Below, piece after piece: positions 51,390-62,848 of a DNA stretch of 64,000 nucleotides (position 1 is the stretch's first letter; every line of letters starts with the position of its first letter). Under the pieces are notes generated by a model that did no database searches, had not been told where the DNA came from, and was given only the letters and a program-made list of their open reading frames with translations. Made by a program: the position numbers and the translations under genes. Source of the DNA: Neoechinorhynchus agilis (lineage: Eukaryota; Animalia; Acanthocephala); contig CM121342.1 of the NCBI GenBank assembly GCA_051530055.1, positions 11,423,480-11,487,479 on the forward strand, in the 5' to 3' direction.

Positions 51390-52500
51390 AAGCGAAATAG
51401 TTTCATCAAAAAAATAGAATAAATCGGCGGTCAAAAAAAATTTTCTAAAAAATTTACCATGTTCATTGCAGAGTTGTTGAAACTCTTTGAACATAAATTG
51501 CGGACCATTACCCGTGACAAGTTTTTCAGGTACTTCGAAACGCGCGAAACATTCTCTCTTAACCTTCCAATTATTCGAGATGTTACCGTTAAACATCCCA
51601 GGTTTCATATTTCCGTCCAATTGCTGCTGGCATCAACAGCCACCAAGTACATCTCATTATTAACCAGCCCAGCCAAATCGAGATTTAAGCGACTCCAGGC
51701 TTTACTGGGAGCATCCCACCAAAATATTGGTTGTTTACTTTGCCCGTATCTATTTGTTCGAACCGATATTCCGAAAGGTAGTCGCAGGTACCGGAAATAT
51801 CCTCACGGTGTCGCAATCGTTAATAAAGAATTGTTTTTTGTTCTCCACTAATTGAAAAATGTACATCGTCTATAATGGAATATTTTATACCACCATTAAG
51901 TTTTCCATACAATTGTTCTATCTGCGAAATCTGATTGCTTTCAGTCCTTTAAAACGGGTTGATCGTAGTCCTGAAATCGCCACAGGTTCGAACCTTTGCA
52001 GCATCCTTCCTTACTAAGACGATTGGGGTCAACCATTCGACTTCTCTGTTATATTCACGCTTTCTAGAATTTCCTGTTCCAACAATCTCCGAATCTCTCG
52101 TTTACCCAACTCTTGCAATACATAGGGTATTCGTCTCGCTGGACATCGTATCGAGTTAGCTTCACGCGATAAGTGTAATTTCACTTTAATATCCTTCATT
52201 TCAACCGTTTTTGCCTCGGATAAATTTGCCAACTCCTTCCAAATGCTCCCAGCTTCCTCCTCCAAATCCATTCTCTTGACATAAACCTGAGACGGCACTT
52301 TCATTTTGAATGTTCTCGACCACGGCAATCCAAATTAACATATCGTCGCGTGATTGACCACTGTCACTTCTAATTCTCTCGATTTGTCATTCGGCCAAAC
52401 ATTCGTTTCACAACTTCTTAACGTGTCAACCCTTACCCCTCCATACACTTTCACTTCACGTTTAGGTAGTGCCTTCAGACTTACAAATACTGCAGCCAAG
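51390..52500 (-). mobile_element. Gypsy protease/RT/integrase remnants
   Basis: PARRIPYVLQELGKREI, WLTPIV, CDFRTT, SHPGVKAW, PEKLVTGNGPQF. Confidence 0.75.
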
Positions 52501-52653
52501 GCGTAATTAAACAAATGAAAATCGGTAACTCTTTTTATGTCGAGCGGCGAATCGCGAGGTTCTGTATTTAATCGACTATTTCTTTGTTTAAGATGAAGTT
52601 CATCCGATTAAGTTGAGCGAAGGTGAAAATTGTGGACCACGAGAACCTTATTA

Positions 52654-53150
52654 TCACATATCAACCCTCGCTTCTCCGTTATGGGAAACAATAAAGTGGG
52701 CTAATAGCTTGACGAGCTGTGATCTTCGGGCTGCGATTATAGACATGTCTGTTAGGAACACTGAAGATTGCTGGACAAAATTGACTTTATTAAAAGTCCT
52801 CAAGAGTGGTCCAGAATCAACGAAGACTGTGACTCCGGTGACTGCTGCAAATGTCAATCTTAACCATCTTTTCAAACTCTAGTTTCGGGTTGGAGTGTAT
52901 TGATTTCTAAGGTAAACCAATAGGATCTCAGTAAAAAGCGACCAGATCTTAGTGGCAGCCACAGGAGCTCAAGGTCTTCATCTCCTGCTCGTTTGTAATA
53001 GAAAGCAAAATAAAGTAACCGATCCCTGTGGGCGCATCGTCGAAACATCAGGAACAGAGGTTCCAAATCCGAATTTGATTGCTCTTGTCCCGACGAATCC
53101 TGGAATTCGAGGCAGCCAACAAAGACGAGTAATAACAATGCAAGCGGCAC
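52654..53150 (-). CDS. Possible small secreted protein or pseudogene (two abutting ORFs)
   Basis: Signal-like N-terminus (PLALLLLVFVGC) with a non-ATG start; no family recognised. Confidence 0.25.
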
Positions 53151-53600
53151 ACATTAAATTCTTTAAGCGAAATTTCCAAAATTATAGTAACCTAAAACGA
53201 ACGGATCTTTCGTTCAATGTTACAAGTATTGTTCATTCGAAGCCATTCGTCGGATTAAAAAATCCAAAAAACTAGGAATTGACCATAATCATATTTCGGT
53301 TTTACCATTGGGCAGGTCTTTTAGGAACCCTGAAAATTACTGGGCAAAATGGACACTAATAAAAGTCATCAACGGTTACCCCGAATCAGCGGCGACTACA
53401 AAATTTTAGATCCGGACTAAATAGAAGAATACCTAGACGAATCATCCAATAAGAGGCAACAAAAAAGACGACGAAACCTTTTAGAATACAAAGGCCACTT
53501 ATGCTTTTCGCATCAACTCCGTTTTCTTATTTCCTCTTCATAATCAATAAATTCGTCCAAATTGCTTAATCGTGCGCATAAATCACTTATAATAGTTGAA

Positions 53601-53802
53601 GTTATTGCTTTGGTCTACATCCGGTAAATAATTATTTATTAAAGACGTTTCGAACCTCGTCGTGTTCATCATCAATTTTAAAATACAAGTAGAAACAAAT
53701 AATTACTAATCCACTTGTATTTTAGAACTGATGATGAACCCGACGAGGTTCGAAACGTCTTTAATAAATAATTATTTACCGGATGTAGACCAAAACAATA
53801 AC
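53601..53802. repeat. Palindrome with 90-bp arms and a 22-nt spacer; each arm holds a hammerhead motif
   Basis: 53601-53690 versus 53713-53802, 4 mismatches. Confidence 0.95.
53721..53765 (+). ncRNA. Minimal type I hammerhead ribozyme (Penelope/retrozyme type); predicted cleavage after GUC 53757-53759
   Basis: CTGATGA (53728-34), extra t, gaacc/ggttc stem II, GAAA, palindromic ACGT stem III, weak stem I. Confidence 0.75.
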
Positions 53803-54299
53803 TCCAAACACAATCCCCGACAAGCGCACCTCGGATATTGTCCATTCAGATGGACAACCAACATGTCCACTGCCGATGGGCGCAAAACCTGAGGGAATCT
53901 TGCTTTTGCCCATCTTGTATTTAAAACCTCTTATGACTTGTGCAAGGACAAAATTGATAAAATAATATTTAACTTTTCTTCCTTATTAGGTAAAATTAAT
54001 CTTATTCGGCATCCAGAAAAATTATTTCAACTTATAAAAAAAATGTTGATAAATCGGTACCTCAAATGCGATTGAAAAATTAAAAACAATCAAATCGATA
54101 TTTAAGTGCGTATATAGCATAGAAATCGATATTGTTTACAATGTTCAAAGAATCCCACATTGTGGATACTAAATGTGAACAATTTAATCTTCAAACAACC
54201 TTTTTTATTGAAAATAAATAAGAAACTTTATGATGATATCTTAGCGTACAGTTGTTGCGAATCAACTTAAGTTGACATTCTACTTGTTCGTTGGCAACT

Positions 54300-55275
54300 G
54301 CTCACAGAGAGCATCGTATGCCTGTGATGCCAAGCGATATTCGTGATTCGTGGCTATTCGAATGCTTCGAAAGTTTTTACACTAACGCTCGTATGTATTT
54401 TTGTCATAAATTCGGAAACCCTCCGCCATCTCCAAATTTGGAAATCGGCACGATAACTGTGCCGAAAAAAATAATTAAACGAAATATTTTATCCAAATCA
54501 GGCAAACAAAGTGTACAAATCTACAAAAAAGCTATACTTAATAGCATATTTGATTAAAATAGTTTGGACTTCTGTGGATCGTATAAGGATAATGGAAATT
54601 TTAACATTGTGATAAAACCATCACCGAGCGATGATTTGTAGGAACATTTGCGTGCAAATCGACGATTTAGTTAAGACGAAAGTAGATTGATCTTAGCTCA
54701 GATTGTCCTCGATTTCGATTACTTACATCGGATTAATGTGGCTCATCAAAATATTAAGGCTGAAAATATTTTGGTAGAAGACAGCGACTATGTAAAATTA
54801 ACCGAATTCGGATTCACTAAATTCTTAAACGAGAAAGCAATGACTATTTGTCGAACTGCAGAATGCGGGGCATTAGAAGTGGCCGGACAACTTGGATAAA
54901 TAACGAGTGGCGATTGGTGAGCACTTAGCGTTTTGCCTACGAGCTTCAGATGGAATGTAGATTCTGACCACAATTCAATACGAAAGGTTCAAAGTTCTTG
55001 AACATTTCTCACCCGAGCTCAAAAATATCGCAATCGGACTTTTGAAAGTTAATCCGGATAGACAATAGGGATGCGGGAAAGGTGGAATTGATAAGATAAA
55101 GGCTTTCAAGTTCTTTCAAGTGATTGATTGGCGAAATCTGTTCCAACGTAAGGTTACGATGACATATAAGTCGGCTATTCATTCAGTAGAAAACGAACAA
55201 AGGTAACTGCCAGTTTCCTTCAAAAAATCCACCGGGTGACAAACACGGTAACCCATTTGAAGAAATTTTTAGGCA
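54300..55275 (+). pseudogene. cAMP-dependent protein kinase (AGC) catalytic subunit pseudogene
   Basis: QIVLDFDYLH, NIKAENIL, YVKLTEFGFTK, FSPELKN, GGIDKIK.FKFF..IDW, with stops and frameshifts. Confidence 0.75.
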
Positions 55276-56390
55276 ATGAAGCCATCACGGTGTACTCTTC
55301 CCTGGCGATTTTTGAGAAATAAAAGTTTTTACGACATAAACTGCAAACAAACTGATCGCTGAATTTGCGATTTCTTCGACTAATATCAAGGAACTCGAAA
55401 AGAGAAGAGCCGTTTCTAACCTTCTTGTGCTTCGAAAATCGCTTTTAGTTGTATTATTGCAATTTTAGACTTGGAAAAAATGTGAAATGTAAATTGTAGT
55501 AAGCTGAAGGAAATTGTGTTTTTTATTTACTCCACTTGCATTCCGCATCATTGGTGATTAGAGAAAATGCTAGAGCAGCAAGTTCTAAAGTGTAGGCAAT
55601 CGAAGTGAGGATCTCAACCGCAATTCCTGAATTCTGCTTTAAAGCATTTTGGAAAGGGTATATTAACATAGGTATAGAAAATGACAAAAATTGTAATAAC
55701 AAAGCTCTAACAATTGCCCACGGCTAATCTTCGCGTCTCCCTGTCGATCATTCTTACAAATGTCTGCGATATCAAATCCTTTGCGATTTCGTAGAGGATA
55801 ATATGTTTACCAATCGATAGTGTTATTTCTAAAATTAGTAGGATCTTATTATTAGAATAAGAATATTTAACCCCGCCGCTCTGAATTCAACCCTTCGTAT
55901 CATGCACTCCTCCTTCGATGGTAAAAATCGCACCATATTTATTTCTGGTATGCCGGAAGCCCCTTTAACAGATCCTGTCGCCACTGATGTACACAACCGC
56001 CACCAAATCCTTCGTATCGGTCAGCTCTTTTTTGTGTCCGGAAGGCAGAACGAATGTATTGATTCGGACGAGGAGATTAACCGGATTTTAGTAAAGATGC
56101 ACCTAATGGAATCAAGGAGACGCGGAAAAAGAAATCGTCGAAAAAGCAGAAGGTGCTAATGACATAATGTCATGAGAATATGTCTTTATTTGACGATGTT
56201 CAAACACAGGACATTGATTTTCGCATAAATATTATTGGAAAGGGCGGTTGGGTCGATCAGAGTGAATTGAAGGATTTAATGGGAAACGTTCAGGATATGC
56301 CAATGTTAGACGTGTACAAAGACCGAGAGAGTTACAAAAAATTGAGCAATGAGTAAAGTGAAAAAAGAATGAGATAATGATGGGGTTTTA

Positions 56391-56482
56391 AAACTCCGCT
56401 TTGTCCTGCTGAGTAATCGTTGAAATTACCAAAGATATCAGCAAGAGCGCTTCTCATAGAGACAGGTATTCCCGACTTTAAA
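56391..56482. repeat. 92-bp direct repeat, copy 1 (copy 2 at 57417-57508)
   Basis: Ungapped alignment with about 12 mismatches. Confidence 0.9.
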
Positions 56483-56517
56483 ACAGTTCATTCTTCTATT
56501 AAGTCTTCTTTAAATTT

Positions 56518-56880
56518 TAGTTTATCCCTTTGTCCGGCTTATTTTTTAGGCATAAAGCCAAACCATTTACATCAGAGAAGTGATATAACCACATAGTCTC
56601 TGATGCACGGTTAAGAGTTTGTGCATTCCTCCGGATTCTCAGATACCTCCAGGAGGCGGGACTCATCAGTGAGTTTCCTCCCTTCAGCGGTGATTCGAAC
56701 CACTTGACCCCTAATCGGGATCACGGGCATTAGTCCACTTGACCACCTCGACACAACTACGAAATGTCAAACTCAGCCAGTTTATCGGCTCCGGGTGAGC
56801 GCTGTGTTCTATTTTTTAAGTTTTTACTGGCAAGAAGGTATTGTTATCATCTTTTAATTTTAGTTTATCCCTTTATCCGG
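56518..56880 (-). mobile_element. tRNA-headed hammerhead repeat, copy B (38-nt deletion; about 343-nt period)
   Basis: Highly similar to copy A; terminal repeat ccgga(t/c)aaagggataaactaaaatt. Confidence 0.85.
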
Positions 56881-56981
56881 TCTCAAACGCGCAAAAGAAA
56901 CGCGCTTTTTAGTTTACATTAGCACTGTAAAATTAATATTTAATTTCTAATTATAAAGAATAGAAATAAAGTCGATTTTCC

Positions 56982-57386
56982 TCAACGAGGTAAACATGAT
57001 CGTTCTCTCTTCATTCTAAGCTCCCTCCGTCTTATCTTTTTGGCCGTTTTAGGAGTCTGCAAGTGATCGGGGACATACACGACATAATCTCTGCATCCTC
57101 GGCTGTAGATGTACATTACATTGAAACATTTCGGCATTTCGTACAAAATACCGTAAAAATAAAGAGGAGAGTTTCTTCGATGGCAAAATGATGCTGTAAT
57201 CCTAAGAGGTTCGCCACATCGATCAACATTCATAGTTTGATTCACAAGACTTTCTTTCAACACTTCATAATCGGTACACTGTCTACTGTACTGAATTTGT
57301 TCCACGCCAGATTGAACACCAATTGCTGACAATCCGGTTAAAATATGCAAGTAAACGAAGAAATGTATTCGAAATAGAAGTAGCAT
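56982..57386 (-). CDS. Small Cys-containing, probably secreted protein
   Basis: ATG start, hydrophobic N-terminus, 134 aa with several Cys and a basic tail; no family recognised. Confidence 0.4.
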   Translation of the reverse strand: MLLLFRIHFFVYLHILTGLSAIGVQSGVEQIQYSRQCTDYEVLKESLVNQTMNVDRCGEPLRITASFCHRRNSPLYFYGILYEMPKCFNVMYIYSRGCRDYVVYVPDHLQTPKTAKKIRRRELRMKRERSCLPR

Positions 57387-58333
57387 TCTCGAGATAAAGT
57401 TTAGATTTCATGTTACAAACTCCGCTTCATCCAACTGAGTAATCGCTGAAGTTAGCAAACATAGCAGCGAAAGCGTTTCTCATAGAGACAAGTATTCCCG
57501 ACTTTAAATCGACGGTATATTTATTACCCACAAGCCGTTTTAATCGGCGTTGCCCGGGAGAGCTTAATAAAGAATGGATAACCAGTGTTCTATAATTGAA
57601 ACATGATCAATAACTGCGTAAAATAGAAACATTCAAACTTTAACTGTACTTTGACCAATCCAAAAATCGCCTCCTTTATTATCATTTTTCACACTTTCGG
57701 TGAGAATAATCCCGGTCATTACATATTTTATTTATTCGAAATATTTCGTGAGGTATCCTCGCCTCTTCAGTCATCTAAAAATAGGTTTTCCATATTACGA
57801 TGTTTGCTCGAGTGCGAGGGATCGCCAAACCCGAAGTTCAGGGACTTTCGTTTTTCTGTTTTTCCATTGATTTTTTATATTGATTTTTATCACGTCGCTG
57901 GCACGTCTTGGGTTTCAACCCGCACAATTCTAAATGGTTTGATAATTGCGCCTCATAATCATCCCACGTCTCGCTATCAGGATCGGAAGACCGAAACACT
58001 TGTATATCTCTATGCTTTTGCTCGATTGTATTTTCGTCCAGCTTTGTCCCATTTGTTTAATCATCGATTCCAACAACTTCTGTTGCTTCTCTATGAGGGG
58101 CTACATCATCGAGATTAAACTCTCGTCGCCAAATGTTATGCTCTGATCTATGTTAGGTGAACGCATATATATTCAACAAAGAACACACGCTCACACTATA
58201 ACACGGCACCAAGTGCCAAATAATTAGCATGTGACGACATCGTCAATCGTTATATTACTACATCACTACACTAATCGGCAGCTTTTATCGATAAAACATG
58301 GAAAAAATAGCGAGTTTACAAAGCACTCTAAAA

Positions 58334-58816
58334 TCTATATTTTTAAGTTTTACTGGCAAGCCGGTATGTTATGATACTTCAATTTTAGACAATCCCTTTT
58401 GCCTAAATAAATAAGCCGGACAAGAAAGGGATTGTCTAAAATTGAAGTATCATAACATACCGGCTTGCCAGTAAAACTTAAAAATATAGAACACGGCGCT
58501 ATCCCTGAGCCGATGAACTGGCTGAGTTTGACATTTCGTAGTTGTGTCGAGGTGGTCAAGTGGACTAATGCCCGTGATCCCGATTAGGGGTCAAGTGGTT
58601 CGAATCCGTTACCACCAATGACGCACAACCAAAGGGGACGAAATACCGCTGAAGGGAGGAAACTCACTGATGAGTCCCGCCTCCCGGAGGTATCTGAGGA
58701 TCCGGAGGAATGTACAAACTCTTAACCGACATTAGAGACTATGTGGTTATATCACTTCTCTGATGTAATTGGTTTGGCTTTATGCCTAAAAATAAATAAG
58801 CCGGACAAGAAAGGGA
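58334..58816 (+). mobile_element. tRNA-headed hammerhead repeat, copy A (385-nt period), with an inverted 5' segment
   Basis: Box A 58553-58563, box B 58597-58607, hammerhead strands 58635-58703; ccggacaagaaaggga at 58416 and 58801; perfect 66-bp inverted repeat 58334-58399/58425-58490. Confidence 0.88.
58635..58703 (+). ncRNA. Putative non-circularly permuted hammerhead ribozyme; predicted cleavage after AUC 58692-58694
   Basis: All core nucleotides are present and stems I, II and III can form, but the strand order is GAAA strand, CUGAUGA strand, cleavage strand. Confidence 0.72.
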
Positions 58817-59339
58817 CTCTAAAATCTGTAATAACTAAAAATTGGTTCAAATCAAAGCTAAACAAATTTTTTGTTCAGAGGATAAATATTAAAACTTACG
58901 AAAAACACTGTCTCTAAAGTTTCAGACGATTGGAAATGGTAAAATTTTTTGTACAGTTTAACACTCTGAGTATCAGTCGAATTCGGGATGGAAAAGTTAA
59001 AGATAAAAACAGCAAATTCTCATTAAATTTAAAAAGCAAATATTAGGAAGTAAGAAACGAAATACAATCCGTTTACACGGAAATATTTTTTCTGTCCTTG
59101 TGACCGGGGAATGTTGATTGCAAAATTGCAACGGATTTAAGAGGCGGTGTCAAATCGATGTTTTGATTGAAGAAGCAACCCAACTGCCGACTAATGAACA
59201 TATTTTAAAGATCAGATATCGGTATCGAGAGCAGCACTCATCGCAATACTAAAACCGAAGCTTTAAAGTTCAGCTCTACGTTTTAAAAAAATTATAGATT
59301 TCGAAGAACTGATGGCGAGTTATTTTTGCGGTATTTAAA

Positions 59340-60600
59340 AATTAAATGGATGATTTTATTCTTTACCAATGTCGTAAATACCAAGGATGGGGTCACATTG
59401 CGTCCAAATGCGCTCAAGCTGTACACACTGTAGTGGTGCTAATCTCTCCAGTCAATTTTCAAATAAGTTCCATAGAAAATGTGCTAATTGTGTTCTAAGC
59501 CACAAAGCCTATGACACAAGGTGCGCCGAGGCCAAAAAATATTTAAACTTCATGAAAAATAATAATCTCACTCCTGGCAAGTCTGTGGTTTCGCCTTTAT
59601 CCTATATGCAGCCCGCTAGTCTGGATAATAATTCAAATGCAATTGGAAACGTGGGGTCGTATCTTGAAAAATTAAAAAAAAGAAAATTCTGCTTTTAAAA
59701 TTCTCATTAAGAAATCTAATAAAATCCTTAGAGGAAATTAGCAATGGTAGTGGGAACCGGAAACCCAATAAAGAAGAGAAGTTTGCTTCAAGAATTGTGG
59801 AAGCTCTAAAGAGGGCCACATCAATTACCAGTATAGAATTAAGTCAGGCGGATTCGGGACCTCAGAAAAAACCACATGCAAATGGATAGTATTCATTTTA
59901 TCTCTTGTAATATAGGTAAATCTTATAATATTAATGAAATAGATTCTACAATAAGAAATCAAAATGACTTTTTTGCATGTTTCTTACAAGAAACGGGACC
60001 ATGAGCTCCTTTAAATATATCTAATTTTCAATGTTTTTCAACTCAGCTCATTCCTTTATCTCGAACAAACTTCTTTGGAGGTTTGCAATCTTACTTCAGA
60101 TAAGAAATTTCTCCTAAAATACTCTTCAAAGGCCACACTTATGACTTTGCCATTCAAATTATGTCCACTGTGAACCCTATTCTACTTAAAGAAAAGTTGG
60201 GTTAATTTTTATCGGAATCCGAAATCAAACTTGAATAGATCGATTTAGATGATGAGGGGTATTATCGATGTTTGGAAACCCGATATAGCGGTTGGTGATT
60301 TTAACAATAACTATTTGAATGCCTTTAGAACCATATTCGTTTCCGATTATTGTATTATTTTACCGGAGGAACCATCGTTTCATTATTGGTCCAGAAGGTG
60401 TCATTCTTTTATTAATGGCGCATTCTTTAACAAACGAATTAAAGTGCTATTCGCATTGGAAATGCAAATAAGAATGAAATTACGATTTGGAACATGATGC
60501 CATTATTTTCACCAGCACCGGAAATTTATCGCAAAAGTCTTACGTTATTAATAACAGCACATTTTTGTCTTTTAACAATATTATTTTATCTAAATTTTTT
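59340..60600 (+). mobile_element. Decayed LINE: ORF1 zinc knuckles and apurinic endonuclease remnant
   Basis: CxxCQGWGH...C, CANC...H.AY..RC, and VGDFN. Confidence 0.65.
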
Positions 60601-60608
60601 TATAGATA

Positions 60609-61445
60609 TTACAAGACCGCATTTCCTCGTTGGATTGCGAGGCTTATTCTTTGTATCAGGAAAATCCTCTCGCGTCGCTCCCCTGTTTCTGCTGCAAGTC
60701 GTCTTCCAAGTTCGGCACAAAAGCTTCGTGCCGAAGATCCCAGCGCCCCTTGTGTCTCCACGCCGAAAGGAAGGAAAATGTAATTTTGTTTGAGCTCATT
60801 GTATTTCTCCGCTTTCCTCCTTTCGACGGCACTCGCTGCTCCTCCCGTCTCCGCTAAAGCATCTTGCCAGTTGGACATGGCGAGTGAGTCCACGCATGTT
60901 GCGTCCCAAATTAGACTCTTGCCTTCTTTCCAAGGGAAAACGGTTATACCGTCGGGACGCTTACCATCCGAGCGACAGAGGTGATTGAGCTCCAGGATGG
61001 TTGGAACGTGTATCGAGTTCAGAGCTCTGCTAATGATCGCATTGAGATCTGCGTGCCTTGGGAAACGACCGCTCGATCTCTTGCAGTAGAGTCCATGTCT
61101 CCCGAGCACGTCAACTTTTATTCCACATCGGCACTGGTGTGGGGCACAGGTTGGAAGTCCTAAACGTAGAGCGACGGCTATTCGAACTGTCTCGTCGTCC
61201 AGCAAAGTTCCCAAAGTACCAATTGGAAAAACGTTCAACCATGCGCCTGACTCATTCGAGGAACTGGGCACAAGTCTAGCTTGAGACATCTCGTCCATCT
61301 GGCCTTTTAGTTTGTTGTGAGCCGTCAGGGTTAAGGGTTTATCCCAAGCAGATTGTTCGTGCGCGTTTGTTGGAGCTTGTTGCAGACCGGTCTGCGAGAG
61401 CCATGATGTGACTCCCTGTTTCAATAGTTTGCATGGCTTCGGCAT
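60609..61445 (-). mobile_element. CRE-like RLE 3' fragment
   Basis: 278-aa ORF with HQCRCG...HGLYC, KRPDGITVFPW, WDAT, PFGVET and IQRGNA. Confidence 0.92.
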
Positions 61446-61849
61446 TCTGTTTAAAAGAATTTCCTACCTGTAATTTTAAGTCCAGATTCAGCTCTCCTCA
61501 TCTTCAATAACTTATGCTCTCTCGCCTCGGAGTTGTCTTTAAGAATGACTAAGGTTTTCGGTTTTTCTAGACATTATTCGAATCTAAATTATCTTTTAAA
61601 TTGGAGGTTGAGGCCAGAGAAACGGGTTACCATTCAATAGCTGTTTTTTAGAAACAAATATTTTACTTCGCTATACTGGAAAGAAATGAAGATAGAGAAA
61701 TAAACATTTAACATGCGCTTATCATTCCGAAAAGTGGTGGAATATAATTTTAAACAAAAAAATGGTAGATTGGAAATCAAAAGCGGCTTCATGGATTGGA
61801 AGTTCATGAACCAAAGTTTCAAGACCGGAATCTTCCTAATTACCATTAA

Positions 61850-62290
61850 ACAACTCGGGTAGCCCTGCTCCCGAAAGCAGGTAAGCTTATATCCACCTAA
61901 AGTTTTAGACCATTTCTATCTTACCTTATTTGCTTTAAAGCACACCTTCTGCCAATCTTCAATCGATTTTTTTCACCCATTCAATTCGGTTTCCGGCCCG
62001 GTTTTTCTTGTACGGACGCCCTTATTTCCATCTACGATGCTCTTCTTCATAACCTCGACTCACACCCTTTATTTATATCTCGACTCATCCAAATCGACAT
62101 TGATAAAGCTTTTGATTCCGCGGATCACAATCATCTCCTTGACACATGCTCTAAATTTAGTCTTGCCGCACAGAACTGTTCAATATGTCCTTCTGTCACT
62201 TGCTATGCAGATGATCTGACGGCCATCATCAAGGAGCCCAACTATATATGGGTGCGATAGCTTTCTCTGATGGGCCTCGAGCTCAATCCC
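61850..62290 (+). mobile_element. L2/CR1-like RT remnant
   Basis: QFGFRPG, IDIDKAFDSADH, CYADDL. Confidence 0.7.
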
Positions 62291-62848
62291 AACAAAACTA
62301 AATTTATTTTTAAATTTAAATTAGTGCTAGGGAAACGCAAAGTCAGAGAATTCTGCTTGGACTTCTTTAAGCTGGATAGCCTCCTTCATTATAATTAGTA
62401 TTGACATTCTGGGGTATACTTTCAATACTAATTTGAGTATTACGCGCGACACATTTAATCTCAAGAAACTGCTGAAGATTGCCAGAATCGGTGGCAAAAC
62501 TGCATTTAGTCTATATCTTGGACTAAACGCGATCAAACCGGTCTGGAATTCCTGAGCTATTTCGGCCTTGTCTTCTTCTCTAAGGGTAGACTGCCAGAAC
62601 AACGCCTGAAATTTCTCAGTACCTTTCTTGATGTCTTAAATAAGCTCCCTTATTATCCCTTCGGTCAATACCCCTCTTAGCCCGCGAAAAGATGCTTAAA
62701 TGGATAGATTTGTGAGCATCTTTATCTCTTGTGACCCACATTCTTGATTTTTCATGCTAGCGCGTGCCTTTCCGAACAAATCATTATTATATATTTAGTT
62801 TTGAACGTTTTATGTTATAATGTCGGACATCATGCGGTTTTTGACGTT

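Noticed and set aside
56391-57508. Twister-like reading of the 92-bp repeat on the minus strand (UAA-CUUC...ACUC...GAAG-CG-GAGU)
   Set aside because: The putative P2 pairing in one copy is broken, not compensated, in the other, and P4/T2 do not fit.
58544-58617. Functional tRNA gene
   Set aside because: Boxes A and B are good, but the acceptor and anticodon stems do not pair properly; treated as a tRNA-derived promoter head.
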